Positions 10,530 to 19,710 of a stretch of 64,000 nucleotides of DNA are shown here, in pieces. Each line of letters starts with the position of its first letter. Within the stretch, counting starts at the first letter, position 1. The DNA comes from Acidimicrobiia bacterium (GTDB lineage: Bacteria; Actinomycetota; Acidimicrobiia; Spongiisociales; Spongiisociaceae), in contig QIDH01000049.1 of NCBI GenBank assembly GCA_003229305.1, positions 7,026-71,025 of the forward strand. Reading direction: 5' to 3'. The notes below the pieces were generated by a model. That model was given only the letters and a program-made list of their open reading frames with translations. It was not told the DNA's origin and did no database searches. The position numbers and the translations under genes were made by a program.

Positions 10530-10878
10530 CACGGATTGATCCCACATACTGCTGGTAGTCACTCGTCAGTTGCTTCGTGCCGAACGAAACAAAGGGCTCC
10601 ACACCCCGAAGGCGCCGCTCAACCACCTTCCGCTCTCCGCCTACCGCCCTCTGCATAACACGGATTGATCCCACATACTGGTGGTAGTCACTCGTCAGTT
10701 GCTTCGTGCCGTACCGAACAAAGCGCTCCACACCCCGGAGGCGCCGCTCAGCCATCCGCTCTCCGCCTACCGCCCTCCGCATGACCTGGATTGATCCCAC
10801 ATACTGCTGGTCGTCACTCGTCAGTTGCTTCGTGCCGCACCAAACAAAGCACTCCACCCCCTGGTGGCGCCGCTCAAC
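10525..10878. repeat. About 2.8 tandem copies of a 126/129-bp unit in the nuoD-nuoE spacer
   Basis: Units at 10525-10653 (129 bp), 10654-10779 (126 bp) and 10780-~10878 (truncated). All begin CAT(G/A)AC..GGATTGATCCCACATACTG.TGGT.GTCACTCGTCAGTTGCTTCGTGCC. Roughly 90 % identity by eye. Confidence 0.85.
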
Positions 10879-10897
10879 GCACAATGGCGTTCGGAGA

Positions 10898-10950
10898 GCG
10901 GATCGCGGACAGCGGATCGCGGACAGCGGATCGCGGATCGCGGACAGCGG
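10898..10950. repeat. 14-mer tandem repeat GCGGATCGCGGACA (3-4 copies) just downstream of the nuoD stop
   Basis: Read directly at 10898-10911 and 10912-10925, followed by a copy with an internal 7-nt duplication. Confidence 0.8.
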
Positions 10951-10962
10951 AAGGTGAATCGG

Positions 10963-12321
10963 TCATCGATCTACGTCTCCCATTACGGGGTCTATCGAGG
11001 CGATGGCTGCGATGGTGTCCGCCAACATGCCGTCGGTCATCATGATCGGTAGCGCTTGAAGGTTGGCGAATGACGGTGCCCTGATGTGCATGCGGAGCGG
11101 TTTCGACCCACCGTCGGACACCAGATAGCAGCCCAACTCGCCCCTCGGCGACTCGATCGCGACGTAGGTCTCACCTTCCGGCACTTTGAAACCCTCTGTA
11201 TAGATCTTGAAGTGGTGGATCAAGGCTTCCATCGACTCGTTGATCCGCTTGCGAGGGGGCGGGACCACCTTTGCGTCTTCAGCCTTGTAGTCGCCTGGCG
11301 GCATCGTGTTGGCGACCTGTTCGATGATTCTCAACGATTGGGCGATCTCGTCCATGCGGACCCTGTAACGGTCGTAGGCGTCACCGTTGGAACCCGTCGC
11401 GATGTCGAACTCGTATTGTTCGATGCCGCTGTAAGGCTCGGACTTGCGGAGATCCCATTCGCATCCGGTAGCGCGCAGAGAAGGGCCGGTGATGCCATAG
11501 GCGAGCGCTTCTTGCTTGGTGATGATCGCAACGTCGACCGTGCGGCCTCGCCAAATGCTGTTGTAGCGAAGCATCTGGTCGTACTCGACCAGGGCGTGTG
11601 GCATGCGATCGAGAATACCGGCGATGTCGTCCTGCCAACCGTCTGGCAGGTCGGCGGCCACCCCGCCAGGTCGAATGTAGTTGTGGTTCATTCTCAGACC
11701 GGTCGTCTTTTCGAGAAAGGCGAGAATCAGCTCTCGCTCTCTCACGCCGTAGAACATCATCGAGATGGCACCAATGTCGAGGCCGTTCGTGGCGGCGGCA
11801 ACGAGGTGCGAAGAGATTCTGTTCAACTCGGTCATCATGACCCTGATCGCCTGAGCGCGAGGGGGCATCTCAATGCCCAGCAACCTCTCCACGGCGAGCG
11901 AGAAGACCAGCTCATTGTGAAGCGGGGCCAGGTAGTCCATTCTGGTTACGTTGGTTGGACCCTGAAGGAACGTCAGTTGTTCGGCCGTCTTCTCCATGCC
12001 GGTGTGCAGGTAGCCGATTATCGGCTTGACCTTGCGCACGATCTCTCCCTCGAGCTCGAGGTGAAGGCGGAGCACCCCATGGGTCGAAGGATGCTGAGGA
12101 CCCATATTGACGACCATGCGCTCATCGCCATCGATTGAGTCGTCAATGACGAAATCGTCGATGACCCTGGTGCCACGTTGTTCGATGGTTCGCTCAGCGG
12201 TCTCGTCCCGTTGCATCTGCTGGGCGCCTTCGTCGGTCCCAGCCACCAGCCAGTCCGGCTCCTCGGTTCCAGAAACCCAGAGTTCCGTGGTGCCCTGTTC
12301 GGTGCGTTTGTCGCCCATCAC
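10963..12321 (-). CDS. nuoD: NADH-quinone oxidoreductase subunit D
   Basis: 452 aa. Motif VVNMGPQHPSTHGVLRL. C-terminal IRAPSFANLQALP...DPVMGDVDR. 4-nt overlap with nuoC. Confidence 0.95.
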   Translation of the reverse strand: MMGDKRTEQGTTELWVSGTEEPDWLVAGTDEGAQQMQRDETAERTIEQRGTRVIDDFVIDDSIDGDERMVVNMGPQHPSTHGVLRLHLELEGEIVRKVKPIIGYLHTGMEKTAEQLTFLQGPTNVTRMDYLAPLHNELVFSLAVERLLGIEMPPRAQAIRVMMTELNRISSHLVAAATNGLDIGAISMMFYGVRERELILAFLEKTTGLRMNHNYIRPGGVAADLPDGWQDDIAGILDRMPHALVEYDQMLRYNSIWRGRTVDVAIITKQEALAYGITGPSLRATGCEWDLRKSEPYSGIEQYEFDIATGSNGDAYDRYRVRMDEIAQSLRIIEQVANTMPPGDYKAEDAKVVPPPRKRINESMEALIHHFKIYTEGFKVPEGETYVAIESPRGELGCYLVSDGGSKPLRMHIRAPSFANLQALPIMMTDGMLADTIAAIASIDPVMGDVDR

Positions 12322-12866
12322 GTCACCCGATGAGATTCTTTGAACTGAACTGGCACCGACCCGACGCCGAAGTCCTTGCGCAGCGGATGACCCTGCCAGT
12401 CGTCTGGCATGAGAATCCTGGTCATGTCCGGATGGTCATCAAACGAGATGCCGAACATGTCGAAGACTTCGCGCTCAAAAAAATTCGCACCCGGATACAC
12501 CGACACCAACGACGGCACTGTTGGGTCCTCTGCGGGTACAGCCAGGCGCAGGCGCAGGCGCTCGCCGTGGCGCATCGAGACGAGGTTGACTACCAACTCG
12601 AAACGATCACTCCGAGCCCTCTGATAGTCCACAGCAGTCACATCCACGCACATTTCGAATCCGGCTGCCTTGGCGGCAGCGGCGAAATCGAGGAGCTGGG
12701 CCCTGGGTAGGAGGACCACGTCCTGTCCGGATGACAATTCCCAAGCTGCGTCAGCGAAGGGCTCGATGAGATTTGCCAAAACGCCAGCTTCTGGGAGCGG
12801 CCTCGGAATAGCGACGGGCGCGTGATCCACGCCGCTGCGTTCCCGGTCCTCGGCATTGTCGCTCAT
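12318..12866 (-). CDS. nuoC: NADH-quinone oxidoreductase subunit C
   Basis: ORF 12318..12944 trimmed to ATG 12866 ([10 protein letters not shown]), an ATGA overlap with the nuoB stop. C-terminal [29 protein letters not shown] is NuoC-typical. Confidence 0.9.
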   Translation of the reverse strand: MSDNAEDRERSGVDHAPVAIPRPLPEAGVLANLIEPFADAAWELSSGQDVVLLPRAQLLDFAAAAKAAGFEMCVDVTAVDYQRARSDRFELVVNLVSMRHGERLRLRLAVPAEDPTVPSLVSVYPGANFFEREVFDMFGISFDDHPDMTRILMPDDWQGHPLRKDFGVGSVPVQFKESHRVT

Positions 12867-13333
12867 CTTGCGAGTGCCCCATCGACGATCTGGCTCTGCA
12901 GGGTGAGGATGCCGTGGATGAGAGATTGAGGGCCAGGCGGGCAACCGGGGATGTATACGTCAACAGGAACGACGTGGTCGACCCCCTGGACAAGGGCGTA
13001 GTTGTTGAACATGCCGCCAGTGGATGCACAGGCACCCATCGAGATGACCCACTTGGGGTCGGCCATCTGGTCGTAGACCTGACGCAGGACAGGGGCCATC
13101 TTCTGAGAGACTCGACCTGCGACGATCATCAGATCCGCCTGGCGAGGTGAGGCTCGGAAGACTTCCATTCCGAACCTGGCGATATCGTTGTGGGCGGCTC
13201 CTGTCGACATCATCTCGATTGCGCAGCAAGCGAGGCCGAAAGTCGCAGGCCACATCGACTGGGTCTGGGCCCAGCGAATTGCAGCACCAAAGGTCGTCGT
13301 CAACAGGTTGGGTGGCGTCGTCAGCCGCGCCAT
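12863..13333 (-). CDS. nuoB: NADH-quinone oxidoreductase subunit B
   Basis: ORF 12863..13621 trimmed to ATG 13333 ([11 protein letters not shown]), an ATGA overlap with the nuoA stop. Motifs [23 protein letters not shown]. Confidence 0.92.
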   Translation of the reverse strand: MARLTTPPNLLTTTFGAAIRWAQTQSMWPATFGLACCAIEMMSTGAAHNDIARFGMEVFRASPRQADLMIVAGRVSQKMAPVLRQVYDQMADPKWVISMGACASTGGMFNNYALVQGVDHVVPVDVYIPGCPPGPQSLIHGILTLQSQIVDGALAR

Positions 13334-13752
13334 CAGGCCGCTTCCTCGACGGAACCAGCCACGGGATCGGTCCGGTACCTGGCCCGGCGAGGCACGTTCC
13401 AATCCAGCGCCCCCCGTTTCCAGACGTAGCTGAGAGTCTCGGCAATGAGCAGCGTGAATATGCCAACGGCGCCGACGCCAAGCCAGCCGAGTTGGTCGAA
13501 GCGGGTCGCCCAGGCGAACAAGAAGATGATCTCGACATCGAAGATCACGAAGAGGATGGCAACGAGATAGAACTTCACTGGGAAACGGTTGACCGCGTCT
13601 TCTTCGGTGACTATCCCGCACTCGTAAGGCGCGAGTTTTTCGGGCGTGGGGCGCTTGTAGGAGAGCAAGTTCGATACAACCAATGACACGCCTGCAAACG
13701 CACCTGCAAGCACCATCATCACCAAGATGGGGAGGTAGTCCCCGAGCTCCAA
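13333..13752 (-). CDS. nuoA: NADH-quinone oxidoreductase subunit A
   Basis: ORF 13333..13848. Motif LAPYECGIV. Preferred start is TTG 13752 (GAAAGGA about 8 nt upstream, giving [17 protein letters not shown]). The longer form would overlap the upstream reductase gene. Confidence 0.85.
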   Translation of the reverse strand: MELGDYLPILVMMVLAGAFAGVSLVVSNLLSYKRPTPEKLAPYECGIVTEEDAVNRFPVKFYLVAILFVIFDVEIIFLFAWATRFDQLGWLGVGAVGIFTLLIAETLSYVWKRGALDWNVPRRARYRTDPVAGSVEEAA

Positions 13753-13837
13753 AACGACCGTCCTTTCGACTTCGGCAGAATAGGGACGCAGGTACCGGAG
13801 TGACAAAACCCCTATCGCAGGTGCGGTGCCCTCCGGC

Positions 13838-15088
13838 TCAGTTGGCAAGCCTATCTGGAGCTACCTTGACCAGCCGTTCGAGTGCCCTATACGCCCGCTC
13901 TCCGAATGCTTTGTCCTCCGGCTCCAGGACATTCACCATGACCTTGAGCGTCCAAGCCATCAGGCTCTCGGATCGGATACCGGTGCGCGCCAGGGTGCGC
14001 ATGATTGCCGGCCGACCTATCGCCTTCACGAAGACCCTGGCAGTCCTGTAGTACAACCCGAATGTGTCCTCGAGCTCCTGGGGGTAGCGCTGCAGAATGC
14101 CGAGGTCGTCAGCCCCCAAAGCGGCTGAGATGTGTCTGGCCGCGATCCGACCGGTCTCGTATGCGTATGAGATGCCCTCCCCGTTCCAAGGGTTGATCGA
14201 GCCGGCGGCGTCTCCGACCACAACGAAGTTCGAACCTACTCGCGGACCAACTGAGAACGACATCGAGAGCTTCCCGCCCCTTGGCTCCGTCAGCTTCGAA
14301 TGCTCGGACAGCCCCCAATAGCCAGGGGCGGTCTCGGCGTATTTGTTCATCACGTCCGTTGTGTTGATCTCTTTCCAATGCGAAAACGTGGAAAGAATAC
14401 CGACTCCGACATTGACGGTGCCATCACCGAGCGGAAACACCCAACCGTATCCGGGCATCGATGCTCCGGATGCGTCCCGCATGTCGAGCTGACTCTCGAG
14501 AAAATCTGCCTTTGACATCGGACTCGAGTAGTAGCCGCGCGCCGCCAACCCCATCGGGTAGGCCTTGTCTCGGCTGGTACCCAACGCCCTGCCGAAGCGC
14601 GACAGTGAACCGTCCGCCACTACCACTGCTCTCGGACTCAAACGCTGCGTCTCTCCATCTTTCACCAGATCGATCGCAGCCAGACGCCCATCGACCATCA
14701 CTGCTTTGGCCTCGACCTTCTCCCGGACGTCAACACCTTGTTTGCGGGTCAGGGCCGCCACCTGCTGATCGAGCTCAGAACGCCTGATCACGCCACCCCA
14801 GTTCGGGAAAACTGAGTGCTCGGGCCACTGAAGTTCTACCTGCAACTCGTCTCCTGCGTACGACCTGAGCCCACTGACCTTGTGAAAACTCGGGACGTCA
14901 AAATCGAACCCGAGCTTCATCAGCTCGAATATCGCTCTCGGGGTGAGGCCATCGCCGCAGGTCTTTTCCCGCGGGTACTCCTTCTTTTCGGCCAGGACGA
15001 CATCGTGGCCCGCCTTGGCGAGCCAAAACGCGGCGGCCGATCCGGCTGGGCCGCCTCCGACGACGACTACCTCTGGGGTGTTGGTCAT
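13838..15088 (-). CDS. Geranylgeranyl reductase family flavoprotein (MenJ-like prenyl/menaquinone side-chain reductase)
   Basis: N-terminal FAD fold VVVVGGGPAGSAAAFWLAKAGHDVVLAEKK..EKTCGDGLTPRA. Sits upstream of nuoA as in many actinobacteria. Confidence 0.85.
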   Translation of the reverse strand: MTNTPEVVVVGGGPAGSAAAFWLAKAGHDVVLAEKKEYPREKTCGDGLTPRAIFELMKLGFDFDVPSFHKVSGLRSYAGDELQVELQWPEHSVFPNWGGVIRRSELDQQVAALTRKQGVDVREKVEAKAVMVDGRLAAIDLVKDGETQRLSPRAVVVADGSLSRFGRALGTSRDKAYPMGLAARGYYSSPMSKADFLESQLDMRDASGASMPGYGWVFPLGDGTVNVGVGILSTFSHWKEINTTDVMNKYAETAPGYWGLSEHSKLTEPRGGKLSMSFSVGPRVGSNFVVVGDAAGSINPWNGEGISYAYETGRIAARHISAALGADDLGILQRYPQELEDTFGLYYRTARVFVKAIGRPAIMRTLARTGIRSESLMAWTLKVMVNVLEPEDKAFGERAYRALERLVKVAPDRLAN

Positions 15089-15172
15089 GGTGCCAGGCTA
15101 GGACGGTTCTGGCACGTCGCCGCCACTACACGACAAACTGACGCCTTCCCCAGCGGATCTAGGCTTGCCGAC

Positions 15173-15832
15173 GTGTCGAACGAAATCCCAAGGGCGACTG
15201 TGGAGCGCCTGCCCCGCTACCTCAAATGCCTCGAACAACTGATTCAGCACAAAAGAACGATCTCGTCGACTGAGCTCGCCCATTTGGCGAATCTGTCACC
15301 CGCCCAGCTGCGCAAGGATCTTTCCCAGCTCGGATCGTACGGAATCAGGGGGGTCGGCTACGACGTGGAACAACTCCAGGGCGAGATCCGCAGGGAGCTA
15401 GGTCTGACGCGAGATTGGCCGGTGATCGTCGTCGGCGTCGGCAACCTGGGGTCAGCTCTCGCTGCGTACGGAGGGTTCGGGAATCGAGGTTTCGAGATCG
15501 CAGGCCTATATGATGTCGACCCTGATCGAATCGGAGACAACATCCAGGGGATCGAGATCAGGTCGCTCGATCGGGTCGGCCGGGACGTTGCCGCCAGGCG
15601 GGTGGCAATAGGAATAATCACGACTCCGGCCGTTGCCGCCCAGTCGACCGCCGACGTCTTGGTGGCAGCGGGGATCTCGTCGATCCTCAACTTCGCCCCC
15701 GCGGTCATCAGCGTGCCATCCCACGTAGAGCTGCGCCAGGTAGACCTCTCGACCGAACTTCAGATCCTGGCGTTCTATCTTCAGTCGCGAAGCGGAGAGT
15801 CCGCGCCAAGGCCGCGCGACGATGAGCCGTAA
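15173..15832 (+). CDS. rex: Redox-sensing transcriptional repressor Rex
   Basis: IPRATVERLPRYLKCLEQL (winged helix) and VVGVGNLGSALAAY (Rossmann). In-frame GTG at 15173 chosen; the track start at 14816 would run antisense through the reductase gene. Confidence 0.9.
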   Translation: MSNEIPRATVERLPRYLKCLEQLIQHKRTISSTELAHLANLSPAQLRKDLSQLGSYGIRGVGYDVEQLQGEIRRELGLTRDWPVIVVGVGNLGSALAAYGGFGNRGFEIAGLYDVDPDRIGDNIQGIEIRSLDRVGRDVAARRVAIGIITTPAVAAQSTADVLVAAGISSILNFAPAVISVPSHVELRQVDLSTELQILAFYLQSRSGESAPRPRDDEP

Positions 15833-15843
15833 GGCGAAGAGCA

Positions 15844-15872
15844 ATAGGCACTGGTCTCAGAGTGGTGCCTAT
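15844..15872. terminator. Hairpin between convergent rex and the respiratory operon (candidate bidirectional terminator)
   Basis: ATAGGCAC (15844-15851) and GTGCCTAT (15865-15872) form a perfect 8-bp stem with a 13-nt loop. No U-tract. Confidence 0.35.
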
Positions 15873-15889
15873 CGGCGTCCGCTACGCCG

Positions 15890-16021
15890 CTAGAAGCCGA
15901 CTGTGCGGAGCAGTACCGCCAACGAGGCCAATACGCTCCCGGCGACGACAGCAATCAGAGGGGCCTGGCGCGCAATGAATCGGGGTCTTACCGGCTGCAT
16001 AAGAGCAAACTCGGCTGACAT
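15890..16021 (-). CDS. Possible 43-aa single-TM peptide at the 3' end of the Rieske/b6 operon
   Basis: ATG 16021 gives MSAEFALMQPVRPRFIARQAPLIAVVAGSVLASLAVLLRTVGF, 20 nt downstream of the preceding stop. Basic N-terminus followed by one TM helix. No clear SD. Confidence 0.3.
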   Translation of the reverse strand: MSAEFALMQPVRPRFIARQAPLIAVVAGSVLASLAVLLRTVGF

Positions 16022-16041
16022 GAGCCCAAACTGAGGGTTGG

Positions 16042-16401
16042 TCAGGTCTCGGCGTGTTCTTGGTCGGTCTCGTAGCGGTGGAGCGCCACGAGGAACATCG
16101 TGAAGAGAATCGCGGACGCGATTGCGAAGGCGCCTGGCACGATCCTGATCTCGAACGCGTTGAGTCCGTCGATGTTCACCGGACGTGGCCCTCTGGGGGC
16201 ATACATGACAAAGAGGATCGAGTTGATGGTCATCCATCCAAACGTTCCGGCTCCCACGACCAGGATGCCCAACCGCTTGCCGAGGTTCGTATAGGTGAGT
16301 AGATAGATCGTGCCGTAGAAGGTGAGCACCGCTGCGATCGTGATGACGATGCCGGTGAACAGCAGATTGGCCGAAAGAATCGCCCTGAAGAACTCACGCA
16401 T
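16042..16401 (-). CDS. Small integral membrane protein (3 TM), last clear gene of the Rieske/b6 operon
   Basis: 119 aa, hydrophobic (LFTGIVITIAAVLTFYGTIYLL...). Its start overlaps the cytochrome c stop by 1 nt (TAATG). Confidence 0.7.
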   Translation of the reverse strand: MREFFRAILSANLLFTGIVITIAAVLTFYGTIYLLTYTNLGKRLGILVVGAGTFGWMTINSILFVMYAPRGPRPVNIDGLNAFEIRIVPGAFAIASAILFTMFLVALHRYETDQEHAET

Positions 16402-17855
16402 TAGCCCTCCTCGCTTTCAACGCCAATTCCATCGAGCGTCTGACCCCTCAAGTACTGCACGATGAGCTCGATGTCACGCTGAGACAGCACCGTCCCAAAA
16501 CCTGGCATGCGCCCAGAGCCAACTCCGTTGGCTCCGTATCCAGCGCCGTTTTCCGATCCCTTGATGAGGAACTCGATCATATCGGCTGTGACCAAGAACT
16601 GAGTGTTGGCCCTGCCATCCCGCAACGAAGGTCCCAATCCCCCAGCGGCCGGCTGCTGCTGAAAGGCGATGCCGGCCGAATAGCCGGATGTATGACACCT
16701 GGCGCAATATCCGTTGAACAAACCGATGGCCCTACGGGCATCTTCGAGGTTGCCCCCAAACGTGAGCGCGGCCACCACTGGGAAATCAACGGCCCAGCGC
16801 TTGGCAATGGCGGCCTCTTGGAGGGCGGCCAGGCCGGAATCGGCTTGGGCGCTTATCGAATCTGCGCTGGAAACGATTAGATCGAGCTCTGCGGCCCTTG
16901 ACTCAACCTGCGAGACGAGCGTGCGAGCCGCTCTACCGTCCGAGGTACCGATGCTCGACTCTACGTTGGTCGGATCGAGCGTCGGGGCCTGGTCAATGAG
17001 TTCGGCCGCCACCGCCAGGATGCCGATTTCCGTCAGAGCCTGCTCGGCAGAGTCGCTCAGGCCGTCACCGTCTGTGTCGAGGCCCTGTCCCGCGAGCCGC
17101 AGCTCCCTCGCTGCCTCTTCCGCCAGCCCTTCGGCAATCGGAAGCAGGGTCGGTGCAAAATCGACTGAAGCAATCAGCTCTTCTTGGGCAGAAATCTGGT
17201 TTGCGACCGCCTCGTCCGCGCCGTCGAGGCGGGCGAGAGCTCCGCTGACGTTTCCCTCGATATTGATCAGGGCCTCAGTCTGGGAAAGCTGGAATGTTCC
17301 GAGATAGTTCAGCAAATCGTCAACTTGCTGCTCGTTGAGCGGTCCACCGCCCTCCAGGCCCCAGGCCGGCATCGGTGTGCCCGCCCGACCAAAAACAATC
17401 CAGAACTTCGTTTCATCACGCTCGTACCGGAAAAAGACGTCATTCAGCGAGGGGGCCGCCCATGAGTCGACCTTTACCTGGGAGCGGGGCTCGAGGAACG
17501 ACACGCCACCACCGACGCCCCCTGCCCCGTGACATGCGGCGCATCCAAACTCGTCCCAGACTTCAAGGCCCCGCTCAACTGAGGCCTCGTCGAACTCTTC
17601 AACAAAGCCAAGTTGACGGTCGTTCTCGCCGAGGTAGTAGACCGGGAGGGCCAACGCCAGGAACGCGGAGGAGATGACGGCGGCTATCAGCGCTCGATCG
17701 AGCCGGGTGGTCTCCAGCTCGTCGTCAGTTGCAGCGGCGGACAGATTGGCCGGCACCTCGTCGCGACCGCCGCGGCGAGAGCCGGATCCGACCAGGAAGG
17801 CAAACCAGCCAATCGCGCCGAGGGCGACCAGGGTGATTACAAGACTGTTGAGCAT
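16401..17855 (-). CDS. Membrane-anchored dihaem cytochrome c (QcrC-like) with a roughly 170-190-aa insertion between the haem domains
   Basis: CAACH (aa 105-109, with MPAWG) and CARCH (aa 384-388, with RMPGFG). N-terminal TM helix. The helical insert contains DTDGDG (aa 260-265). Confidence 0.88.
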   Translation of the reverse strand: MLNSLVITLVALGAIGWFAFLVGSGSRRGGRDEVPANLSAAATDDELETTRLDRALIAAVISSAFLALALPVYYLGENDRQLGFVEEFDEASVERGLEVWDEFGCAACHGAGGVGGGVSFLEPRSQVKVDSWAAPSLNDVFFRYERDETKFWIVFGRAGTPMPAWGLEGGGPLNEQQVDDLLNYLGTFQLSQTEALINIEGNVSGALARLDGADEAVANQISAQEELIASVDFAPTLLPIAEGLAEEAARELRLAGQGLDTDGDGLSDSAEQALTEIGILAVAAELIDQAPTLDPTNVESSIGTSDGRAARTLVSQVESRAAELDLIVSSADSISAQADSGLAALQEAAIAKRWAVDFPVVAALTFGGNLEDARRAIGLFNGYCARCHTSGYSAGIAFQQQPAAGGLGPSLRDGRANTQFLVTADMIEFLIKGSENGAGYGANGVGSGRMPGFGTVLSQRDIELIVQYLRGQTLDGIGVESEEG

Positions 17856-17861
17856 CGCCGC

Positions 17862-18749
17862 CTAAACCTCCGGGGCCGCGGAGAGGCTGATACAGGACGG
17901 CCCCAGGGGATATTCGACTGTAAATACAGGCGCCCGAGGAGTCTGGATGATGTTGGCCGTCTTGACGATCATCCTGTCGCCCTGCAACTCGACTTCGAAG
18001 CGGTCGAGGTTGCGAGGCGCAGGGCCGGCTTGATATTCGCCGACCGAATTGTATTTCGATCCGTGACACGGGCACTCAAAACCCTGTGAGGACGCGCACC
18101 ACGGCACCCGACATCCGAGATGAACACACCGCTGCCACAGGGCGGTCAGCTCGCCAACCACCAACGCCTCGCTGAACTGCGAACCGCTGATGTCGGCGTT
18201 GGCGAACGGGACAATGTAGGCGCGGGCCTCGGGCACGAAGGCGGGGATGATGGATCCATCTGGCTGAATTATCTGATTCCGGAGATCGGCGATCGCCCCA
18301 ACGTCGATTGCGGAGCCGAACCCGCCGGACAGGCGGGGCCAAAGGAAGCCGAGGTAGGCCACGCCGTTCAGAGCCAGGAAGGCCCCGAAGGTTGCGCCTA
18401 GTGCCCTGGTAAGGAAGGCTCGTCGATTTACCCCCGCCTCCTCAGGCGACAGCTCTTCGACCTTCAAGACCTCTACGGCATGCACTGCCGCCGGTTCGAC
18501 GACTTCGGGGTCCGGTGCGGATTCGGCGACCACCCCTTCGATCGGTAACTCTGCCGCGCCAGCTCCCGCCATGACCGATACTGGCTCATTCAATTCGGAT
18601 CGATCGGCCTTGGCTGTAGCCCGATCGATGTCTTGCCTCCAATCGGAACTGGGATCGGAACCGCGCTTGAACGCGATAACGAAGGCTCCGAGGACGGCGA
18701 AGACGCCGACCGCCGCGACCCCGACGATGAGAATCTGTGACGTCGTCAT
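17862..18749 (-). CDS. Rieske [2Fe-2S] iron-sulfur subunit (QcrA-like)
   Basis: CVHLGCRVPWC ... CPCHGSKY. Internal twin-arginine-like NRRAFLTRALG before TM2. Start trimmed to ATG 18749 (MTTSQILIV), an ATGA overlap with the upstream stop. Confidence 0.9.
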   Translation of the reverse strand: MTTSQILIVGVAAVGVFAVLGAFVIAFKRGSDPSSDWRQDIDRATAKADRSELNEPVSVMAGAGAAELPIEGVVAESAPDPEVVEPAAVHAVEVLKVEELSPEEAGVNRRAFLTRALGATFGAFLALNGVAYLGFLWPRLSGGFGSAIDVGAIADLRNQIIQPDGSIIPAFVPEARAYIVPFANADISGSQFSEALVVGELTALWQRCVHLGCRVPWCASSQGFECPCHGSKYNSVGEYQAGPAPRNLDRFEVELQGDRMIVKTANIIQTPRAPVFTVEYPLGPSCISLSAAPEV

Positions 18750-19696
18750 CCGAAATCCACCCAATCCTTGAGGTCGTCGAAAAAGATCCCGTCTGCCCAC
18801 GGGTAGGTGAAGTTGAATCCCGGACCGCGGAACAGGGTTCCCAGCATGGTCAGGGTGGCCGATCCGGCAAGGAAGAAGGTGAACAACAAGATCGCAAACT
18901 TACGATCAGACGGCTTCGTTGAGGGGTTGCGATCTATATAGGGAATGGCCATGAATCCGACCAGGCCGGAAATGCCAGGAACTATGACACCGGCAATCTG
19001 GGGGTCGTAGTAGGACAGCAACTCTTGGAGACCGAGAAAGTACCAAGGCGCTTTGGAAGGGTTGGGGGTCGCGTTGAAGTTGGCCAACTCGAGCAAGGGT
19101 GCCTGGAGGATAACGGAGAGGATTATCAGGAAACCTGTCATGACGAGCAGAGCGGTGAACTCGGCAATCATGAGATGGGGCCAGGTATTGACTTTGTCGG
19201 CTGGTGACGACTTGACCTGCTGAATCGCCCTTGCCTTGACGACGGTGAGGAGCCGCTGGGTTCTGACCCCTTCAGGTATTGCCTCCGGCTGGGCTACGGG
19301 GCGTGGAGAAACCGAAGCGGCCAAAGGAGCATCTCCGCCGCTGACAGGGCTCGGAGGGCTCGCGACTTCTGGCGACGCCTCGGCCGGAGCTGCCACCGGA
19401 GCCAGGGATCCTTGCGGAGCCTCCGGTTCCGGGGTTTCCACAGGCCCGACGACCTCTGTTTCGACGACTTTGGTCTCGACAGCTGGAGTTTGCTCGGCCG
19501 TGGCGTCTGGGTCGCCAGGAGCAGGGGCTTCGACAACCGCCGCCGTTTCAGGCGGCGTTGGCGCCTCGGCAGGGGCAGAGGGCGCCGGTGGCGCTTCGCC
19601 CCTCATCTCGGCGAGCACCTGTTCGACCGGCACGCCGAGCGCCTTGGCTCTGGCCTCGGCTGAGCGCTGGAGAAGATGTTCTGGGATGTCAACCAT
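18746..19696 (-). CDS. Cytochrome b C-terminal half (b6f subunit IV-like) with a roughly 150-aa N-terminal extension
   Basis: C-terminal PNPSKAPWYFLGLQELL (PEWY-box variant) plus 3 TM helices. N-terminus MVDIPEHLLQRSAEARAKALGVPVEQVLAEM followed by a Pro/Ala/Glu-rich linker. AAGGAG about 8 nt before the ATG. Confidence 0.85.
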   Translation of the reverse strand: MVDIPEHLLQRSAEARAKALGVPVEQVLAEMRGEAPPAPSAPAEAPTPPETAAVVEAPAPGDPDATAEQTPAVETKVVETEVVGPVETPEPEAPQGSLAPVAAPAEASPEVASPPSPVSGGDAPLAASVSPRPVAQPEAIPEGVRTQRLLTVVKARAIQQVKSSPADKVNTWPHLMIAEFTALLVMTGFLIILSVILQAPLLELANFNATPNPSKAPWYFLGLQELLSYYDPQIAGVIVPGISGLVGFMAIPYIDRNPSTKPSDRKFAILLFTFFLAGSATLTMLGTLFRGPGFNFTYPWADGIFFDDLKDWVDFG

Positions 19697-19710
19697 CGAA
19701 CATTCTCCTT

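Noticed and set aside
10467-10950. Possible CRISPR array in the nuoD-nuoE repeat region
   Set aside because: The repeats are directly tandem: 21-mers, 126-mers and 14-mers with no unique spacers between them. The unit sizes are wrong for CRISPR and no cas genes are present.
12867-13621. Extended N-termini given by the ORF track for nuoB (to 13621), nuoC (to 12944), nuoK (to 3858) and nuoJ (to 4379)
   Set aside because: The extensions are Arg-rich readings of the upstream gene in another frame. Internal ATGs form ATGA overlaps with the preceding stop and give canonical family N-termini.
14816-15172. Long N-terminal extension of rex (track start 14816)
   Set aside because: It would run antisense through 270 nt of the geranylgeranyl-reductase gene and adds no Rex-like sequence. 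The in-frame GTG at 15173 gives the canonical Rex N-terminus (IPRATVERLPRY).
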